DNA of 21,601 nucleotides from Candidatus Altiarchaeota archaeon (GTDB taxonomy: Archaea > Altiarchaeota > Altiarchaeia > IMC4 > QMZM01). This document shows, piece by piece, positions 17,346 to 21,601 of this stretch (position 1 is the first letter of the stretch; each line of letters begins with the position of its first letter). Under the pieces are notes generated by a model that was not told where the DNA came from, did no database searches, and saw only the letters and a list, made by a program, of their open reading frames with translations. The position numbers were made by a program, and so were the translations under genes. Where the stretch lies: assembly GCA_038891095.1 (NCBI GenBank), contig JAWAEV010000009.1, positions 1 to 21,601 of the forward strand. Direction: 5' to 3'.

Positions 17346-18203
17346 ATGAGAATATTTCCAATAGCATTTGATTCTCTTGGTGTGAGATCGATGGCAACTT
17401 TCATAGAGACAGATAAAAAAATTTTTATAGATTCTGGAGCAGCATTGGGGCCTTTAAGATATGGATTGCCACCACATAAATTAGAAATCCAAAAATTAGC
17501 AGAAGTTGAAGAGAAAATAGAAAAATTTGCAAAAATCTCAGAAATTTTTACGATTTCGCATTATCATTATGACCATTACTCTCCATATGCTGATTTTTAT
17601 AAAAACAAAATTCTATTGATAAAAAATCCAAAAGAGAAGATAAATTTTTCTCAGAAGGAAAGAGCAAGAGATTTTTTGCAAAGAATAAATGCTAAAGCAA
17701 CAATAGAATTTTCAGACAACAAAGAATTCACTTTTGGAAAAACAAAGATAAATTTTTCAGAGCCATGTTTTCATGGTCAGGAAAATTCAAGGTTAGGTTA
17801 TGTCATAATGTGTTCAATTGAGTATGGAAGAAAAAAAGTTGTACATGCTTCTGATGTTCAGGGACCTCAAGTCAAAAAAACTACAGAGTGGATAATTAAT
17901 GAAAATCCAGACATTTTAATAATTTCTGGATATCCAACAATTTTTATTGGATGGAGATTCTCGTTAGCAGGCCTAAATGAAAGCAATAAAAATCTTATTG
18001 AAATTCTAGAAAAAACAAAAGTTAAAAAAGTTATTTTGGAGCATCATTTGTTGAGGGATATTAACTATAGAGAAAAAATTTCTGATGTTTTTAAAAGAGC
18101 AGAAGAATTAAAAAAGAAAATTCTAACAGCAGCTGAGTTCTTAGGAAGAGAAAATGAATTTTTAGAAGCAAAAAGAAAGGAGTTATATCAGGTTAACATC
18201 TAG
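17346..18203 (+). CDS. UPF0282 family MBL-fold hydrolase
   Basis: PIAFDSLGVRSMATF, GAALGPLRYGLPP, ISHYHYDHY, ASDVQGP, EHHLLRD, TAAEFLG. Confidence 0.88.
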   Translation: MRIFPIAFDSLGVRSMATFIETDKKIFIDSGAALGPLRYGLPPHKLEIQKLAEVEEKIEKFAKISEIFTISHYHYDHYSPYADFYKNKILLIKNPKEKINFSQKERARDFLQRINAKATIEFSDNKEFTFGKTKINFSEPCFHGQENSRLGYVIMCSIEYGRKKVVHASDVQGPQVKKTTEWIINENPDILIISGYPTIFIGWRFSLAGLNESNKNLIEILEKTKVKKVILEHHLLRDINYREKISDVFKRAEELKKKILTAAEFLGRENEFLEAKRKELYQVNI

Positions 18204-18249
18204 TTAGCTATTAATCCTCCTTTTAACTTTTGAAGTTCTATATATTATC

Positions 18250-18834
18250 ATGCCAGTAAAAAAAGCAATGGAGGAAATTGCAAAGCATGTTGTAGATATA
18301 ATTGATGAGCTAAATGACAATGAGATAAAAGCGATGATAGAAGCAATCAAAAAAGCAGATAGAATCTTTCTTATGGGTGCTGGTAGATCAGGATTAGCTG
18401 CAAGGGCATTTGCAATGCGTCTTGTTCAGTTAGGCCTCAATGCATATGTCATTGGCGAGGTAGTCACTCCTGCGATGAAAGAAAATGATCTGTTGATAGC
18501 AGTCTCTGGCTCTGGTGCAACTGATTCAGTAGTGCATGCAGCAAAAACAGCTAAAAAAATTGGTTCAAAAATTTTAGCAATTACCTCTTATCCTGATTCT
18601 GAATTAGGAAAAATTTCTGATTATGTTGTTAAAGTTAAAGGAAGAACAAAGATAGATATAGAAAAAGATCACTTAAAGCATCAAATTGAAGGGACACATT
18701 CAACTCTTACACCTCTTGGCACTTTATTTGAAGACACAGCAATTATCTTTTTTGATGGGGTTATCGCTGCTTTAATGGTTGAGTTAAATAAGGGAGAAAT
18801 AGAAATGAAGAAAAGGCATAGTGTTTTAGAATAA
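18250..18834 (+). CDS. hxlB: 6-phospho-3-hexuloisomerase (SIS domain)
   Basis: GAGRSGL..RAFAMRL, GE..TP, SGSG.T, PLGTLFE, C-terminal RH..LE. Confidence 0.92.
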   Translation: MPVKKAMEEIAKHVVDIIDELNDNEIKAMIEAIKKADRIFLMGAGRSGLAARAFAMRLVQLGLNAYVIGEVVTPAMKENDLLIAVSGSGATDSVVHAAKTAKKIGSKILAITSYPDSELGKISDYVVKVKGRTKIDIEKDHLKHQIEGTHSTLTPLGTLFEDTAIIFFDGVIAALMVELNKGEIEMKKRHSVLE

Positions 18835-18838
18835 TAAA

Positions 18839-20956
18839 TTATTTTTTCTCTTTCTCAAGCAATTCTCTAAAAATTCCTATCGAACCAGTAACATTGCCCT
18901 TGCTATCTCTTAAAACACTTATAGATAAGACAACATCTATTAGCTTACCATTTCCATTGATCATTTTTGTCTGCATACGATGTCTTATACCCTTTTTCCT
19001 CAAATTTTGAGCTCTTATTTTTTTCCACTCTTCAATTGGGTATAGAGATCTTACAGGCTTTAGATATAGTTGTTCTCTATTCATGGAAAGAAGGTCTTCA
19101 GTGTATTTATTCCAATATATAATTCTTTCATTTTTGTCTGCAAATGTTATTGCAACATAGGAATTATCAAATATTGTTCTATACCTCTCCTCGGATTCCT
19201 TCAGAGCATCCTCTAATCTCTTCTTTTCAGTTATATCCTCCGTAATACAATCAAAATATTTTGGTTTTCCATTTTCATCATAAACAACAACAGCATTCTC
19301 TCTAACAATTATTGGTGTGCCATCCTTTTTCTTTATCTTTAAAATTTCATCCTTCAAATAACCTTGTTTTAGTATTTTTTCATTAAATTTTTTTCTATCC
19401 TTTGGATTTTGATAAATATCACAGACATTAAGCTTTAAAAGTTCTTCTTTATTGGTGTATCCTAACATTCTTACAAATGCTGAGTTGACATCTATAAATC
19501 TTCCTTTTTCACCAGGAGTAACTCTATTGACACCTGCATTTACATTCTCAAATATTGTTCTATACCTTTCTTCAGATTCTTTCAGTGCTCTCTCTAATTC
19601 TTTTATTTCTGTGATATCATCAAACATACCATCATAATACCTTATATTTCCATTTTCATCACGAACTGCAATTGCAGTTTCTCTAACCCAAAATGAAGTG
19701 CCATCTTTTCTTTTATACTCAAATTCTTCATTTTTTATATACCCTTTTTCAGCAATCTTTTTTTCAAAAATTTCTCTATCCTTCGGATTTTTATAGTAGT
19801 CAGCAACATTAATTTTTGAAATTTCCTCTTTATCCTTAAACCCAAACATTTTCAATAGATAAGAATTTGCTTCTATAACTTTACCATTTTTTCCAGGAGT
19901 AGTTCGATAAATACCAACATTAACATTTTCAAAAATTTCTTTGTATCTACTTCTAGTTTCTTCTAATTTTTTCTCTAACTCCCTTATTTCAGTGATGTCC
20001 TCAATGATACCATCATAATACTTTATATTTCCATTTTCATCACGAACAGCACTTGCAGTTTCTCTAACAATGACTATAGAGCCATCTTTTCTTTTATATC
20101 TAGCTTCCCAATTTTTCACAAAACCCTTTTCTTTCATAATACTCTCAAATTCCTCTTTCTCTTTTATGTCAACATATGTATCCCTAACAAAAGTGTTTAA
20201 AGCTTCGTCTTTGCTTTTATAATTGAAAATTTTGACATATGCAGGATTTACATCTATGTGCCTTCCATCTATTCCAGGAGTTACACGATAAATCCCAACA
20301 TTCACATTGTTAAAAATTTCTTTATACCTCTCTTCTGAAGATTTCAGAGCGTTCTCTAGCATTCTTTTCTCTGTTATGCTTCTTCTTAAGAGTAAAACAC
20401 CAATTACATCGCCTTTTTTGTCTTTAATTACCGAACATTGGACTTCATAATAATGAAAATTCCCATTAAAGTCTTTATAGCTACCCTCCCTTATCTCAGT
20501 TCCTCCTGTTTTTAAAGTCTCAATAACAGCATAATAATCTGGAAAGAAAATTTTATCTTTCCGAAATATCTCCTCACAGCTTCTACCTTTAATTTTAGGC
20601 AAATAGCCCTTTTGGTTTCTTATCTGTTTTTTGTATCTCTCATTTATGTAGAGAAATTTTTTATCTTTATCAAGAATTGCAACTCCTGCACCAATTATAT
20701 CCAAAATAGTCTTTAGTCTGTAGTTAGATTCTTCCTCTCTTGCTAATAATTCCAAGATATGTGGTTTATGTGAATGCCAAAGTTTTGTCATTCCAGCATT
20801 TTTAAAATCCACCAATCCTTTTAGCCTCATTACTTCAAGATACTTGAGAAGTGTTGGTCTTGAGACATCTATCGCGTTGGAAATCTCAACTGCTGATGCG
20901 CCAAATTCCTTCTTTTCTAAAAAATCCAAAATTTTTGATTCTATGTCCTCTGCCAT
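18839..20956 (-). CDS. One-component regulator: N-terminal winged HTH plus five PAS/PAC domains, no kinase
   Basis: ASAVEISNAIDVSRPTLLKYLEVM...GLV.FK.AG..KLW (wHTH); repeated SEERY..IF.N...RDENG....G..EDITE PAS-PAC units. Confidence 0.9.
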   Translation of the reverse strand: MAEDIESKILDFLEKKEFGASAVEISNAIDVSRPTLLKYLEVMRLKGLVDFKNAGMTKLWHSHKPHILELLAREEESNYRLKTILDIIGAGVAILDKDKKFLYINERYKKQIRNQKGYLPKIKGRSCEEIFRKDKIFFPDYYAVIETLKTGGTEIREGSYKDFNGNFHYYEVQCSVIKDKKGDVIGVLLLRRSITEKRMLENALKSSEERYKEIFNNVNVGIYRVTPGIDGRHIDVNPAYVKIFNYKSKDEALNTFVRDTYVDIKEKEEFESIMKEKGFVKNWEARYKRKDGSIVIVRETASAVRDENGNIKYYDGIIEDITEIRELEKKLEETRSRYKEIFENVNVGIYRTTPGKNGKVIEANSYLLKMFGFKDKEEISKINVADYYKNPKDREIFEKKIAEKGYIKNEEFEYKRKDGTSFWVRETAIAVRDENGNIRYYDGMFDDITEIKELERALKESEERYRTIFENVNAGVNRVTPGEKGRFIDVNSAFVRMLGYTNKEELLKLNVCDIYQNPKDRKKFNEKILKQGYLKDEILKIKKKDGTPIIVRENAVVVYDENGKPKYFDCITEDITEKKRLEDALKESEERYRTIFDNSYVAITFADKNERIIYWNKYTEDLLSMNREQLYLKPVRSLYPIEEWKKIRAQNLRKKGIRHRMQTKMINGNGKLIDVVLSISVLRDSKGNVTGSIGIFRELLEKEKK
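19181..20340 (-). repeat. Intragenic tandem repeat of 381-nt (127-codon) PAS units
   Basis: The Tyr codons of the RY motif sit at 20324, 19943, 19562 and 19181, exactly 381 apart; 19626-19687 and 20007-20068 match at 59/62 nt. Confidence 0.9.
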
Positions 20957-21011
20957 TTTATACTGCTATTAACAACTAATATATTTTATAGAAACATTAT
21001 TTAAATACTGC

Positions 21012-21027
21012 TTTACAACATTGTAAA
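21012..21027. promoter_or_regulatory. Inverted repeat TTTACAA-CA-TTGTAAA, candidate operator
   Basis: Perfect 7-bp arms with a 2-nt spacer, 55 nt upstream of the wHTH-PAS start, in a divergent intergenic region. Confidence 0.5.
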
Positions 21028-21144
21028 ACACTGATGTTATACAGAGCTGTTGTTATATCTAATGCTTTTCTTATAATAACTGATAAAATGACAATTGCAA
21101 GTTATTATGTAATTGAAAGTTTAGTAGCACTGTTGGAGAGTAGC

Positions 21145-21375
21145 ATGGCAGGTAGTAAATACACTGAAGAGATCAAAAAATGCCTTGAAACTTTTGAGAA
21201 GTTAGTATATAGATATAGTGAGGATATTGAACTAAATAAAATTTTCGATAATTTTAAAATTGCTATAATCAAAAAAGATTTTATAAGAGTTGAAAGTGTA
21301 AAATCCGCTCTTAAAGAGTTAGGAAATTTGAGAAGATTAACAGAAAATCATTCGATTATGCCTCCATTAAGATGA
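21145..21375 (+). CDS. Small helical hypothetical protein (76 aa)
   Basis: GGAGAG precedes the in-frame ATG at 21145 (MAGSKYTEEIKK...), favoured over the 21034 start; amphipathic helices. Confidence 0.6.
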   Translation: MAGSKYTEEIKKCLETFEKLVYRYSEDIELNKIFDNFKIAIIKKDFIRVESVKSALKELGNLRRLTENHSIMPPLR

Positions 21376-21601
21376 AATTTTAAACCTTAAAATTGCTGCA
21401 ATTCCACCAAGAGAATTCAATTGTTGTCCAGGCTCAGAGTTATGATTTATAAATCTAAACTTTCCAGAGGTTTTCCTAACATTCTGAATTATCTTCTCTG
21501 AAAGCTCTTTGTTTTTAACAAAAAAATCATCAGTAAGAAGTAAAATTTCAATTGCTCCAAATTCAGATGCTTTCTCTACATCATTAAAGCCATAAATTCC
21601 A
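21367..21601 (-). CDS. pelA: Pelota (Dom34) mRNA surveillance protein, C-terminal fragment
   Basis: Manual translation: GIYGFNDVEKASEFGAIEILLLTDD...SEPGQQLNSLGGIAAILRFKISS*, an eRF1 domain 3 with pelota-like LGGIAA.LRF. aRF1 is a less likely alternative. Confidence 0.85.
   Translation of the reverse strand, partial: GIYGFNDVEKASEFGAIEILLLTDDFFVKNKELSEKIIQNVRKTSGKFRFINHNSEPGQQLNSLGGIAAILRFKISS

Noticed and set aside
18225-18237. AACTT-TTG-AAGTT upstream of phi, with a similar 10-mer reversed near 14842
   Set aside because: 5-bp arms are expected by chance in AT-rich DNA.
84-19637. Short antisense or alternative-frame ORFs (e.g. 84-353, 1258-1443, 3466-3750, 5193-5669, 6313-6848, 7241-7495, 8507-9031, 9338-9574, 9850-10071, 12490-13086, 16254-16544, 19452-19637)
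   Set aside because: They are shadows of well-supported genes, with S/F/L/I-rich composition and no motifs.
1-21601. tRNA/rRNA genes, CRISPR arrays, IS elements, inteins
   Set aside because: No GC-rich structured intergenic segment, regular repeat-spacer pattern, transposase or intein splice motifs were seen.

Overview
AT-rich (roughly 30% GC by eye), very tightly packed archaeal chromosomal segment. Evidence for archaeal origin: HMf-type histone, GINS, P1/P2-type L12, pelota, archaeal AlaRS and type I GGPP synthase. An Altiarchaeota/DPANN-like lineage is plausible but is inference. Most of the window is housekeeping: MBL hydrolases, alaS, idsA, galU, cupin pgi, mscS, gins, two GT4 glycosyltransferases, a pilin-like protein, histone, MEMO1, rpl12, phi and the 3' end of pelota. 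Three things stand out. (1) The window opens inside the 3' end (at least 1250 aa, open to the edge) of a large multi-enzyme protein: degenerate methyltransferase, intact methyltransferase, coiled coil, TIKI/ChaN/EreA-like domain, pol-beta-type nucleotidyltransferase, polybasic stretch and Ig-like domain. Several of its domains are separated by a recurring NS(F/A)(S/A)xI(Y/H) linker, which suggests a polyprotein or polyvalent effector. (2) A kinase-less wHTH + 5xPAS regulator with exact 381-nt repeat periodicity and a TTTACAA-N2-TTGTAAA palindrome upstream. (3) A candidate glycosyl-archaeol pathway (GGPPS, GalU, PGI and an MGS/DGS-like GT4 pair). A 44-aa 4xCxxC microprotein and the pelota fragment are missing from the ORF track. 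No RNA genes, CRISPR arrays or IS elements were recognised. All family calls are by motif recognition, not database search.
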